DNA of 45,455 nt from Candidatus Kuenenbacteria bacterium CG08_land_8_20_14_0_20_37_23 (GCA_002778965.1 PEXX01000046.1:1-45455), one strand, 5' to 3'. Positions 17,795 through 26,958 are shown, numbered from the stretch's first letter. Numbers and translations are program-made. Notes: generated from the letters alone by a model not told the origin.

Positions 17795-19513
17795 ATGCTT
17801 AAAAAATGGATAATTAAAGAAAAATTCAGTGACGAGTTTCAGTCGGAATTTACTGAAATAAATGAGGTTGTTTTACAGCTTTTATATAATCGCGGTCTAA
17901 AAAACCAAGATGACATTGATCAGTTTTTGGGGCCTGATTATTTAAAAGATCAGCACGATCCTTTTTTATTTTCTCAAATGGAACGTGCTGTCAAACGTAT
18001 TTTTGAGGCTATCCAGAAAAATGAAAAAATTACAATCTACGGTGATTATGACGCGGATGGTGTGACAGCTACTTCTCTTTTATATAAAGCGCTTGTAAGA
18101 GTTGGTGAAAAAAAACTTGATATCTATATTCCTGACAGAATGAAGGAGGGCTATGGCATAAACAGTAATGCTGTTAAATATATTGCGTCAAACAATACTC
18201 ATCTTATTATCACAGTTGATTGCGGCATTTCAAACAAAGAAGAAATAAAATTAGCTGGCGAACTTGGCATGGATGTGATTATTACAGATCATCATCAGCC
18301 GCCTTCTGAATTGCCTGAAAGTTATGCAATTATTTGTCCAACGTTGGAGAACGAAAAATATCCGTTTCGCAATTTGGCTGGCGTTGGCGTTGCTTTTAAG
18401 CTTGCACAGGCTTTATTGCGTAGAAATATAAGTAAAAATAACGAAGCTTTTGAGAAATGGCTTTTGGATTTTTTGACCATTGGCACGGTGGCGGATTGTA
18501 TGCCGCTTTTGGGCGAGAACAGAACATTGGTTAAATGGGGTATTTTGGTATTGAACAAAACCCAACGTCTTGGCTTGAGAGAGCTAATCCAGTCGGCCTC
18601 CATCAGTAAATCAATTGATACGCGTGCGATTGGTTTTCAGATTGCGCCGCGCTTAAATGCAGCTGGACGCATGGGTCATGCCAATACTGCTTTTGAGCTT
18701 TTGGTTACCGAGGACGAGGCAGAGAGCCTGGCGATCGCGATTGATTTGAATCAGAAAAATCAGAACAGACAGAAAACAACGGACGAGATGATGAAAATAT
18801 CTTTGGAGCAGATTGGCAAGCCGGCAGCTGATGATAAAATTTTATTCAGTTGCTATGGCGGTTGGTCTTCCGGCCTTGTCGGTCTTGTTGCTGGCAAGTT
18901 AACTGATAAATTTTCACGGCCTGTGATAGTTTTTGGCAAGACTGGTGATAAATATACTGCTTCTGGCAGAAGTATCCCAGAATTTAATATTACTCAAGCT
19001 TTGCATGAATGCCAAGATTATTTGGAAGAATTCGGAGGGCACAGCCAAGCTTGCGGTTTGACTGTTATTAGTCTGGATAATTATAATAAGTTTGTGGAGA
19101 AAATGAGAAAAATTGCCAGTGAAAAACTTGCTGGTGTTGTGCTTGCTCCGCATATTGATATAGAAGCAGAGATAAAATTGTCCCAAGCTGATTGGCAGTT
19201 GGTTGATGAACTGAATAAATTTGAACCTTTTGGCGAGGCCAACCAACGCCCAATATTTTTGTCAAAAAATTTGGAAGTGGTTGATATAGCAACAATGGGC
19301 GTGACCAATAAACATCTGCGTTTGCTATTGAAAGATGAAAATCAATATTTTAGAGATTCAGGCAGCAGGAAATTCGTTGGTTTTAATATTGCAGATGAGT
19401 GGATGAACAAGATTAAAATAGGGCGGAAAATTGATGTTGTTTATGAAATTGGAGTAAATGAGTGGAATGGCAACAGAGAGATTGAATTTAAGATTATTGA
19501 TCTAAAAGAATGA
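17795..19513 (+). CDS. recJ: Single-stranded-DNA-specific exonuclease RecJ
   Basis: 572 aa. DHH motifs (YGDYDADGVT, DCG, ITDHH), DHHA1 region (GGHSQACG) and a C-terminal OB-like domain. Confidence 0.9.
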   Translation: MLKKWIIKEKFSDEFQSEFTEINEVVLQLLYNRGLKNQDDIDQFLGPDYLKDQHDPFLFSQMERAVKRIFEAIQKNEKITIYGDYDADGVTATSLLYKALVRVGEKKLDIYIPDRMKEGYGINSNAVKYIASNNTHLIITVDCGISNKEEIKLAGELGMDVIITDHHQPPSELPESYAIICPTLENEKYPFRNLAGVGVAFKLAQALLRRNISKNNEAFEKWLLDFLTIGTVADCMPLLGENRTLVKWGILVLNKTQRLGLRELIQSASISKSIDTRAIGFQIAPRLNAAGRMGHANTAFELLVTEDEAESLAIAIDLNQKNQNRQKTTDEMMKISLEQIGKPAADDKILFSCYGGWSSGLVGLVAGKLTDKFSRPVIVFGKTGDKYTASGRSIPEFNITQALHECQDYLEEFGGHSQACGLTVISLDNYNKFVEKMRKIASEKLAGVVLAPHIDIEAEIKLSQADWQLVDELNKFEPFGEANQRPIFLSKNLEVVDIATMGVTNKHLRLLLKDENQYFRDSGSRKFVGFNIADEWMNKIKIGRKIDVVYEIGVNEWNGNREIEFKIIDLKE

Positions 19514-19657
19514 TTGATAATTTGAAATTTGTTTTATTAAAAAATTTGTTTACAATGCATTTTTCGGTTATTTGATTAAGGACGTGTTAGCTTTCGGATG
19601 GGCGAAGTATGTTATGGCAGTTTTTAGGAAATAGTGTCCAAGCAATAAAATTATTTT

Positions 19658-20068
19658 ATGCATAAAAAATTAATTGTTTATACAGATGGTGGAGCAAGAG
19701 GCAACCCTGGGCCGGCAGGCGCGAGCGTGGTTTTTATGAATATTAAAGGTGAGATTGTAAATACTTTTAAAAAATATCTTGGTGAGACCACCAACAACAT
19801 AGCGGAATACTCGGCGGTTGTTTTGGCATTTGAGGAAGCCCAAAAATTAGGAGCGCATGAGATGAATTTTTTTCTTGATTCCGAGCTGGTCGTTAAGCAG
19901 ATAAATGGCGAGTATAAGGTAAAAAATGCAGAGCTGGGGAAATTATTTATTAAAATATATAATTTGAGGCATAATTTTAGAAGAGTCACTTTCAGCCATA
20001 TAGCGCGCGAAAAAAATAAACTGGCTGACAAACTGGTAAATGAAGTGGTTGACGATGCCTTGAGGTGA
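19658..20068 (+). CDS. rnhA: Ribonuclease HI family protein
   Basis: 136 aa. YTDGGARGNPGPAG, NNIAEYSA, DSELVVKQ and a C-terminal N..AD motif match the RNase H type 1 fold. Confidence 0.82.
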   Translation: MHKKLIVYTDGGARGNPGPAGASVVFMNIKGEIVNTFKKYLGETTNNIAEYSAVVLAFEEAQKLGAHEMNFFLDSELVVKQINGEYKVKNAELGKLFIKIYNLRHNFRRVTFSHIAREKNKLADKLVNEVVDDALR

Positions 20069-20145
20069 TTGTCGTTCAAAATGCCGGGAATATATTAAAA
20101 ATTTTTTTGTTTGTTTTTTTTTATATTTTTGTTAAGATAATAGAC

Positions 20146-21924
20146 ATGATAACTTCTAAAGAGTTGCGCCAAAAGTATATTGAATTTTTTAAGAGCAAGG
20201 GTCATACACAAATTCCGAGTGCTTCTTTAATTCCAGAAAATGACCCTTCTGTTTTATTTACTACGGCCGGTATGCATCCATTGGTGCCATTTTTGAGCGG
20301 GGAAAAACATCCTGGCGGCAAGAGACTCGTCAACGTGCAAAAATGCGTAAGAACTGGAGATATTGACGGAGTAGGCAACCAGTGGCATTTGAGTTTTTTT
20401 GAGATGCTTGGCAATTGGTCGCTCGGGGATTATGGCCGGCGCGAGGCGCTGAAATGGTCTTTTGAGTTTTTGACAGCGGTGCAATATCTCGGTATCGGCA
20501 GAGAAAAAATTGCCGTGAGTGTTTTTGCCGGAGACGATGATGCTCCATTTGATGAAGAGTCTTATAATATTTGGTTGGAGCTTGGCATGCCGGAAGAGAG
20601 GATATATAGATATTCAAAGAAAGAAAATTGGTGGGGTCCGGCTGGCGAAACAGGGCCATGCGGGCCTGATTCCGAGATGTTCTATATCACTGATAAGGAG
20701 CCGTGTGGTAAAAATTGCCAGCCGAGGTGCGATTGTGGCAAGTATGTGGAGATATGGAACGATGTATTTATGGAATATAATAAAGTGAATGATGGAGAGT
20801 ATGAGCCTTTATCGCAAAAAAATATTGATACAGGCATGGGGCTTGAGAGAATGATAGCAGTTCTAAATGGATTTAATGATGATTATCAAGAATTATTAAA
20901 GCCGGTGGTTGCCAAAATTGAAGAACTGTCAAGAAAAAAATACGGCAAAAATTATGAAGTTACCCGATCAATGCGTGTGATAGCAGATCATATTCGTGCC
21001 GCCACTTTTATTATGGGAGACGATTCTGGCGTTGCGCCGTCAAATGTTGACCAAGGATATGTAGTGCGTAAATTAATGCGTAGAGCAATCAGACATGGCA
21101 GGTTGATCGGCATAAACCAAAGATTTGCTTCAGTTGTGGCGCGAGTTGTTATACAGACCATGGAAAACGTGTATGTAGAATTGAACAGGAACGGAATGAA
21201 AGTATTGTCGCTGATTGATGAAGAAGAGGAGAAATTTTTACGTACTTTACAGCAAGGATTGAAGATTTTTCGCAAGCAAGTAAAAAAAATTGACAATAAA
21301 AAAATTTCTGGCAAACTGGCCTTTGACCTTTTCCAAACCTATGGTTTTCCTTTTGAAGTAATAAGCGAGCTCGCGGGCGAGCAGAGCTTCTCCGTTGACG
21401 AGGATGAATTTCAGAAAGAATTTGAAAAACATCAGAAGCTTTCCCGCAGCGCATCGGTTGGAAAATTCAAGGGCGGGCTCGGCGACCATAGTAGCAAAAC
21501 GATTGAGTATCATACGGCTACACATCTTTTGCATCGGGCTCTACGCGACGTGCTCGGAGAACATGTGGAACAGCGAGGTTCTAATATCACCAGAGAAAGA
21601 TTGCGTTTTGATTTTTCTCATGGTGCAAAGTTGGCAGATGATGAAATAAGAAAAGTTGAAGAGATTGTCAATCAAAAGATTAAAGACAGATTAGATGTAA
21701 AGCAAAAGGAAATGAGCGTGGAAGAGGCGGAAAAGCAGGACGCCATAGGAATTTTTAGGGATAAATATGGGAAGAGAGTAAAAATATATTCCATAGGGAA
21801 CTATTCAAAAGAGATTTGCGGAGGACCTCATGTCAACAATACTTCGGAACTTGGATATTTTAAAATTATTAAAGAAGAATCGTGTTCTGCCGGGGTGAGG
21901 AGAATTAAGGCAGTACTTCAATAA
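20146..21924 (+). CDS. alaS: Alanine--tRNA ligase, truncated architecture (no C-Ala domain)
   Basis: 592 aa from the ATG at 20146. LRQKYIEFFKSKGH, FTTAGM, CVRTGD, FFEMLGNWS, GPCGPDSEMFY, WNDVFMEY and DTGMGLER form the catalytic core. The editing-site motifs HTATHLLH and CGGPH are near the C-terminus, and the ORF ends about 25 aa after CGGPH. Confidence 0.9.
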   Translation: MITSKELRQKYIEFFKSKGHTQIPSASLIPENDPSVLFTTAGMHPLVPFLSGEKHPGGKRLVNVQKCVRTGDIDGVGNQWHLSFFEMLGNWSLGDYGRREALKWSFEFLTAVQYLGIGREKIAVSVFAGDDDAPFDEESYNIWLELGMPEERIYRYSKKENWWGPAGETGPCGPDSEMFYITDKEPCGKNCQPRCDCGKYVEIWNDVFMEYNKVNDGEYEPLSQKNIDTGMGLERMIAVLNGFNDDYQELLKPVVAKIEELSRKKYGKNYEVTRSMRVIADHIRAATFIMGDDSGVAPSNVDQGYVVRKLMRRAIRHGRLIGINQRFASVVARVVIQTMENVYVELNRNGMKVLSLIDEEEEKFLRTLQQGLKIFRKQVKKIDNKKISGKLAFDLFQTYGFPFEVISELAGEQSFSVDEDEFQKEFEKHQKLSRSASVGKFKGGLGDHSSKTIEYHTATHLLHRALRDVLGEHVEQRGSNITRERLRFDFSHGAKLADDEIRKVEEIVNQKIKDRLDVKQKEMSVEEAEKQDAIGIFRDKYGKRVKIYSIGNYSKEICGGPHVNNTSELGYFKIIKEESCSAGVRRIKAVLQ

Positions 21925-21985
21925 TTGGATTTTAAATATCAAATTATAAAATATAAAATTAAAGACTAAGTTCGCATAATTAGTT

Positions 21986-23197
21986 ATGGGTAAATACGAT
22001 TACCACAAAAGAGCCATTGGCGATCATTACTATGGCACCAGGTCAAAGAAAAAATCTCGAGTCTGGCGTATTTTTATTTTCTGTCTATTTTTTACCTTGC
22101 TGCTGGCTCTTTTTCTATATGTTTTTCCGGAGGTTGAGGTTACTATTGTACCAAAAACCGAGGCTAAGATTAATGATTTGAATATTATTGTAGATGCCAA
22201 TTTCACAAAAGATGATTTGGCAAATAATAAAGTACTAGGGAAAATAATTACCGTTGAAGATTCTTTATCCAAAACATTTAATGCCACTGGTCAAAAAAAT
22301 ATGGGTGATAAGGCTCAAGGTGAAATTGTCCTCTACAATCAAACCGGGCTGGTCCAGCCGCTGACTACTGAAAACAGTCTAGTTTCCGACGGCGGCATTA
22401 TTTTTTTCTTGACGGAATCGACAGAAATACCCAAGGCTGAAGTTTCAGCTGAAGGTACTATTATATACGGTACGAGCGTCATGAGAATTGTTGCTAAAGA
22501 AGCTGGAGAAGCAGGTAATATAAACCCAGGAAGATTAACAATCATTGATTTGCCTTTTTCAAAACAGAATAAAATTTATGCGGAAGTTAAGACAATGTTA
22601 ACCAGTGGAACATCAAAAATTATTAAGGTAGTTTCAGAAGACGATTTGGAAAAAGCAGAAGAAAACATTAAGAAATCGTTGGAGCCTAATTTGAAGAAAA
22701 GAATAAAAGACAGGCTTACTGAAATGCAGGTTCTGTATGATGGCCTTGTAAAATTTGACGTTGTTTCAGTAGAAAAAGCGGTTGAGCTTGAAGAAGAGAT
22801 AGAAAATTTTACAATAAAAGTAATAATGAAAGCAGAGGCGCTCATCTGGGATGAAAGTGAAGTACGACGGGCAATAATCAATAAAATAGAAAGCGAAATC
22901 GGTAAAGACAAAAGAATCGTCACTACATCGCGCGATGTTTTTGAAGTTGGAGTTGAGAGCTTTGATCTTGAAAAAGCCACAGCTAATTTGAAAATTCACG
23001 CTGAAAATCAGGTATCAATGCCAATTGATATTAATGAGATCAAGGACAAGCTCAGGGGGTTAACAGAATCTTCATCTAGAAGGTTATTACTTGAAAGAAT
23101 AGACATTAAGGACGTATATTTTAAATTCAATTATAGCATAACAAATAAAATTCCAAATAATGGCAACAGGATTAACGTGAAATTAAATTTTAGATAA
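21986..23197 (+). CDS. Hypothetical single-pass membrane protein with large extracytoplasmic domain
   Basis: 403 aa. Basic N-terminus, one TM helix (IFIFCLFFTLLLALFLYVF), beta-rich then charged helical regions. The weak baseplate-J-like flavour (AGEAGNINPG) is not enough for a call. Confidence 0.5.
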   Translation: MGKYDYHKRAIGDHYYGTRSKKKSRVWRIFIFCLFFTLLLALFLYVFPEVEVTIVPKTEAKINDLNIIVDANFTKDDLANNKVLGKIITVEDSLSKTFNATGQKNMGDKAQGEIVLYNQTGLVQPLTTENSLVSDGGIIFFLTESTEIPKAEVSAEGTIIYGTSVMRIVAKEAGEAGNINPGRLTIIDLPFSKQNKIYAEVKTMLTSGTSKIIKVVSEDDLEKAEENIKKSLEPNLKKRIKDRLTEMQVLYDGLVKFDVVSVEKAVELEEEIENFTIKVIMKAEALIWDESEVRRAIINKIESEIGKDKRIVTTSRDVFEVGVESFDLEKATANLKIHAENQVSMPIDINEIKDKLRGLTESSSRRLLLERIDIKDVYFKFNYSITNKIPNNGNRINVKLNFR

Positions 23198-23258
23198 TTA
23201 GTATTTGGCTAATATTAGTTAAAATTTAATAAATATTCATACCAATCCATATAACGAG

Positions 23259-23286
23259 TTGACATAAATTTTATTTTCTGTATAAT
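23259..23286 (+). promoter_or_regulatory. Near-consensus sigma70 promoter for the infA-ribosomal protein operon (TTGACA-16-TATAAT)
   Basis: ttgaca at 23259-23264, 16 nt spacer, tataat at 23281-23286. Confidence 0.55.
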
Positions 23287-23504
23287 TATTCTATAATACT
23301 TGCAACAAGAAAAATTAACGGCGATTTAGGTATTATTATAATTTTTTGACTATCATCCTGTAGTCATATTTTTTAGTAAACTCCACGAAATTTTTGGTGA
23401 AAATAGAAAATTCGCCGTGCAAGTTGTTTTATGGAATAAATTGCAAAAATATAGATATTCAAGAACAAGATAAAAATTTTAATAATAGTTCTGACAAATT
23501 TAGC

Positions 23505-23720
23505 GTGAACAGAAAAGGATTTATTGAAGCTGATGGAAAAATAAAAGAACTTTTACCGTCGGCCAAATTTCGTGTATCTTTGAAAAACGGTCAAGAAATA
23601 ACTGCAAGCTTATCAGGCAAAATGAGGATAAACAAAATTATGTTGCTTGTCGGGGATATGGTCAAGATTGAGATATCTCCATACGACTTGACAAAGGGCA
23701 GAGTTACGTATAGGTATTGA
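23505..23720 (+). CDS. infA: Translation initiation factor IF-1
   Basis: FIEADGKIKELLPSAKFRVSLKNGQEITASLSGKMRINKIMLLVGDMVKIEISPYDLTKGRVTYRY aligns over the full S1-like IF-1 fold. Canonical length fits the GTG at 23505; the track's TTG at 23394 would add 37 low-complexity residues. Start uncertain. Confidence 0.75.
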   Translation: MNRKGFIEADGKIKELLPSAKFRVSLKNGQEITASLSGKMRINKIMLLVGDMVKIEISPYDLTKGRVTYRY

Positions 23721-23831
23721 AATAATAGATGTTTTTTATCGTTTGATGCACGGCGGATTTAATAATGTTATTTTAATTTAATCGCAGGACTTTATTAGGC
23801 TGGTATTGGACAAAAATAAATTTTAAATTAA

Positions 23832-23945
23832 ATGAAAGTCAGAGCTTCTGTAAAAAAGATATGCAGAGATTGTAAAGTTATTCGTCGCAAAGGACGTGTA
23901 TTTGTGATATGCAAAAATCCAAAACACAAGCAAAGGCAAGGATAA
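23832..23945 (+). CDS. rpmJ: 50S ribosomal protein L36
   Basis: Not in the ORF track (37 aa). I translated [37 protein letters not shown] followed by TAA, the canonical L36 with a CxxC...CxxxH zinc motif. Confidence 0.92.
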   Translation: MKVRASVKKICRDCKVIRRKGRVFVICKNPKHKQRQG

Positions 23946-23974
23946 CATTTTGTTTTAAGTTTAACGCTCAAACT

Positions 23975-24364
23975 ATGGCAAGAATTATTGGAGTAAATTT
24001 ACCAAATGAGAAGAAACTGGAAGTAGGTTTGACCTATATTTTTGGAATTGGCCAGACAATCGCAAAAAAAATTATTGAAGAGCTTAAACTTGACCCGAAT
24101 ATGAAATGCAAGGATTTGGGAGACAGCCATGTAGCTCTTTTACGCAAGACGATTGAATCAAAATACAGGGTTGAGGGAGAGTTAAAAAGGGAAATAATGG
24201 GCAACATCAAAAGACTTAAAGAGATTAACAGTTATCGTGGTTTAAGGCACGCGAAAAAACTGCCAGTGCGTGGCCAGCGTACCAAGACGAATTCAAGGAC
24301 TGTAAGAGGCAACGTTAGGAAAACAGCCGGTTCGGGTAGAAAGCAATCAGCTCAAAAAACATAA
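23975..24364 (+). CDS. rpsM: 30S ribosomal protein S13
   Basis: MARIIGVNLPNEKKLEVGLTYIFGIG... Start moved to the ATG at 23975; the track start overlaps rpmJ. Confidence 0.93.
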   Translation: MARIIGVNLPNEKKLEVGLTYIFGIGQTIAKKIIEELKLDPNMKCKDLGDSHVALLRKTIESKYRVEGELKREIMGNIKRLKEINSYRGLRHAKKLPVRGQRTKTNSRTVRGNVRKTAGSGRKQSAQKT

Positions 24365-24447
24365 ACAGGAATTAGAAATACAAAAATAAGACATGCAAAA
24401 TATCAGTATTGAAATTTTATAGTTATCTTTTTATTTTTTATTATTCT

Positions 24448-24858
24448 ATGGTAGAAAAAAAAGAGATTAAAGCGATTAAAAAGAAAAAGAAAAAGGTAAT
24501 AAGACGTTTGCTTAAAGGTAAGGGGCGCGCTTATATTACATCTTCTTATAACAATACAATTGTCAGTATCGCAGATCAGAATGGCAATATCATCGCGCAG
24601 TCATCAGCTGGAAGATGTGGATTTAAGAGTGCTAAAAAAGCGACACCTTATGCCGCTGGAATAGTAGTTAGGACAGTTGTGGAAAAGGCGAAAAACGATG
24701 GAGTCAGAGAAGTTGATGTGTTTGTTAAGGGTATTGGCCCGGCAAGAGAATCAGCAGTCAGGGCGCTTGCCGCCAATGGCATTCAGATTGCCGGTATCAA
24801 AGATATTACGCCAGTACCGCATAACGGTTGCCGCACAAAAAAACCGAGAAGGGTGTAA
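24448..24858 (+). CDS. rpsK: 30S ribosomal protein S11
   Basis: GRAYITSSYNNTIVSIADQNGN...KKATPYAA...ITPVPHNGCR. Start at the ATG at 24448. Confidence 0.93.
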   Translation: MVEKKEIKAIKKKKKKVIRRLLKGKGRAYITSSYNNTIVSIADQNGNIIAQSSAGRCGFKSAKKATPYAAGIVVRTVVEKAKNDGVREVDVFVKGIGPARESAVRALAANGIQIAGIKDITPVPHNGCRTKKPRRV

Positions 24859-24934
24859 TCGTATTAGCATATTGGCTGTTCTTCCAATTAGCATTAAAGT
24901 AATTTTTTAAATGGCGATATATTAAATGATTTTT

Positions 24935-25564
24935 ATGGGAAGAAATTTAGATCCAAAATGTAAACAATGCAGACGGTTTGGAGAGAAACTCTTTCTTAAG
25001 GGAGAGCGTTGTTTCGGAATAAAATGTGCTATGGTGAAGAAGAACTATCTGCCTGGTTTGCATGGGCAAAAGGGATTTAGGAGAGAATCAGAATATGCTA
25101 AACAGCTTCAAGCTAAACAGAAAGCGAAAAAAATTTTTCGTATCCAAGAAAAGCAATTTCAAAACTATTTTACCAAAGCCGGCAAGATGAAAGGAAATAT
25201 AAGTATCAATTTATTAACGTTGCTTGAGAAAAGGCTTGATAATGTGATTTATAGAATAGGATTAGCCGAATCTCGCGACAAAGCAAGACAGCTTGTCAGC
25301 CATGCTCATTTTTATGTTAATGGCAAGAAAGTAAATATCCCATCATATGAACTCAAAGAAAAAGATGAGATAACTGTCAGAGAGAAAAGCAAATCCATGT
25401 CTGTTTTTGGCGGAGTTTTTGATAATATTAAAAGCTCTAACATTCCAGAGTGGTTGGATTATGATGGGGAAAAGCAGATCGCGAAAGTTGTTGGAGAGCC
25501 CGGGGAAAAAGATTTTGATCAAGCAATTGACGCCAGGCTGATTGTTGAATTTTATTCAAGATAA
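24935..25564 (+). CDS. rpsD: 30S ribosomal protein S4
   Basis: MGRNLDPKCKQCRRFGEKLFLKGERC zinc-finger N-terminus plus an S4 RNA-binding domain (LEKRLDNVIYRIGLA.SR..ARQLVSHAHF.VNG). Confidence 0.93.
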   Translation: MGRNLDPKCKQCRRFGEKLFLKGERCFGIKCAMVKKNYLPGLHGQKGFRRESEYAKQLQAKQKAKKIFRIQEKQFQNYFTKAGKMKGNISINLLTLLEKRLDNVIYRIGLAESRDKARQLVSHAHFYVNGKKVNIPSYELKEKDEITVREKSKSMSVFGGVFDNIKSSNIPEWLDYDGEKQIAKVVGEPGEKDFDQAIDARLIVEFYSR

Positions 25565-25661
25565 TTTTGCGCGCCGGCCATGCTTGATTGTCTTAAATAT
25601 TTTTTATAGCAGGCATAAAGATTTATCTGTTTATTTATTTACTAAATATAAATATAATTAT

Positions 25662-26558
25662 ATGGAATTAATTCCAAACCCGCATAAAGTTGATTATCAG
25701 CCAGAAAATGACGCGCGTGGCAAATTTATCATTGAACCGCTTTATCCCGGGTATGGGATCACGCTTGGCAATATGTTGCGCCGCGTTATTTTGTCATCTA
25801 TTCCTGGGGCTGCTATTACAAGCGTTAAGATCAATGGCGTTAATCATGAATTTTCGACCGTGAATTACGCCAAAGAAGATGTCGTGGATATTATTTTGAA
25901 CATTAAACAGATCAAGCTTAGGATAGCGGATGGAGTTGAAGCAACGCACGATGCGCCTATGATTATGAAGATTGACAAAAAAGGCGAAGGCAAAGTCACT
26001 GCCGGTGATATAGAAGTGCCATCGCAGATTGAAATCATTAATAAGAACATGATTATTGCAACTCTTACTGATAAAGCCGCAAGCTTTGAAGCGGAATTTA
26101 CAGTTGAAAAAGGCAGAGGTTATCTGCCGGTTGAAAATTTTAAAGGCGAAAAATTTGATATCGGTTGCATTGCCATTGACGCGATTTTTACTCCCATAAA
26201 TCAAGTTGTCGCTGATATCGAAAGAGTGCGGGTTGGAGAGATGACCGATTGGGACAAATTGATCTTGACTGTTGAAACTGATGGATCTGTTACCCCGGAA
26301 GAGGCTTTTGATTTGGCGGTTAATATTTTATGTGAGCAATTAAATTTTCTGAAAAATAGAAACAATTCTGATAATATTCGGGTAGATATATGTGAATCAG
26401 AAAAAGCTAAAACAGATGAAACGTTGGAAGATGAAGATATGAGTATTGACGCGGTTGATAAAGCAAGGAAAGAAGGGAAAAAGGAGAAAAAAACGCTAAA
26501 AGGAATAAATAATGAGCAGAAGAAAAAAAGGGGTAGACCTAAGAAGGAACAAAATTAA
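25662..26558 (+). CDS. rpoA: DNA-directed RNA polymerase alpha subunit: NTD only, with a charged AT-hook tail instead of the alpha-CTD
   Basis: 298 aa from the ATG at 25662. FIIEPLYPGYGITLGNMLRRVILSSIPGAAITSVKINGVNHEFS is the alpha-NTD. After LCEQLNFLKN only a 66 aa acidic-then-basic tail follows, ending KKKRGRPKKEQN. rplQ starts 33 nt later. Confidence 0.9.
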   Translation: MELIPNPHKVDYQPENDARGKFIIEPLYPGYGITLGNMLRRVILSSIPGAAITSVKINGVNHEFSTVNYAKEDVVDIILNIKQIKLRIADGVEATHDAPMIMKIDKKGEGKVTAGDIEVPSQIEIINKNMIIATLTDKAASFEAEFTVEKGRGYLPVENFKGEKFDIGCIAIDAIFTPINQVVADIERVRVGEMTDWDKLILTVETDGSVTPEEAFDLAVNILCEQLNFLKNRNNSDNIRVDICESEKAKTDETLEDEDMSIDAVDKARKEGKKEKKTLKGINNEQKKKRGRPKKEQN

Positions 26559-26591
26559 TTACTGGAATTAAATTCCTCCAGAGCATATTTT

Positions 26592-26942
26592 ATGCGTCAT
26601 CAAAGGACAAAAAAAACTTTGGGTAGAAATTATAAGCAAAGAAAATCCCTGTTCAAGAATTTGGCGACATCTTTAGTATTGTATGAAAAAATCAAAACAA
26701 CTGAAGCTAAGGCGGGTATTTTGAAGCCAAAATTAGAGAAGATGATAACCAGATCAAAAACAAGTTCTCTTCATAATAGACGCGAGCTCGCAAAATTTTT
26801 GACAACTAAGGGTGCAGTTGATAAGATGCTTGAAGTTATTGGTCCAAAATACAAAAGCAGAAAAGGCGGATATTTGAGGATTATCAAATTAGGCGAGAGA
26901 AAAGGAGACGGGGCCAAGATGGCGATTATAGAGTTTGTATGA
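26592..26942 (+). CDS. rplQ: 50S ribosomal protein L17
   Basis: MRHQRTKKTLGRNYKQRKSLFKNLATSL...TTEAKA...GGYLRI. Confidence 0.92.
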   Translation: MRHQRTKKTLGRNYKQRKSLFKNLATSLVLYEKIKTTEAKAGILKPKLEKMITRSKTSSLHNRRELAKFLTTKGAVDKMLEVIGPKYKSRKGGYLRIIKLGERKGDGAKMAIIEFV

Positions 26943-26958
26943 TTAATATATCAATGTT

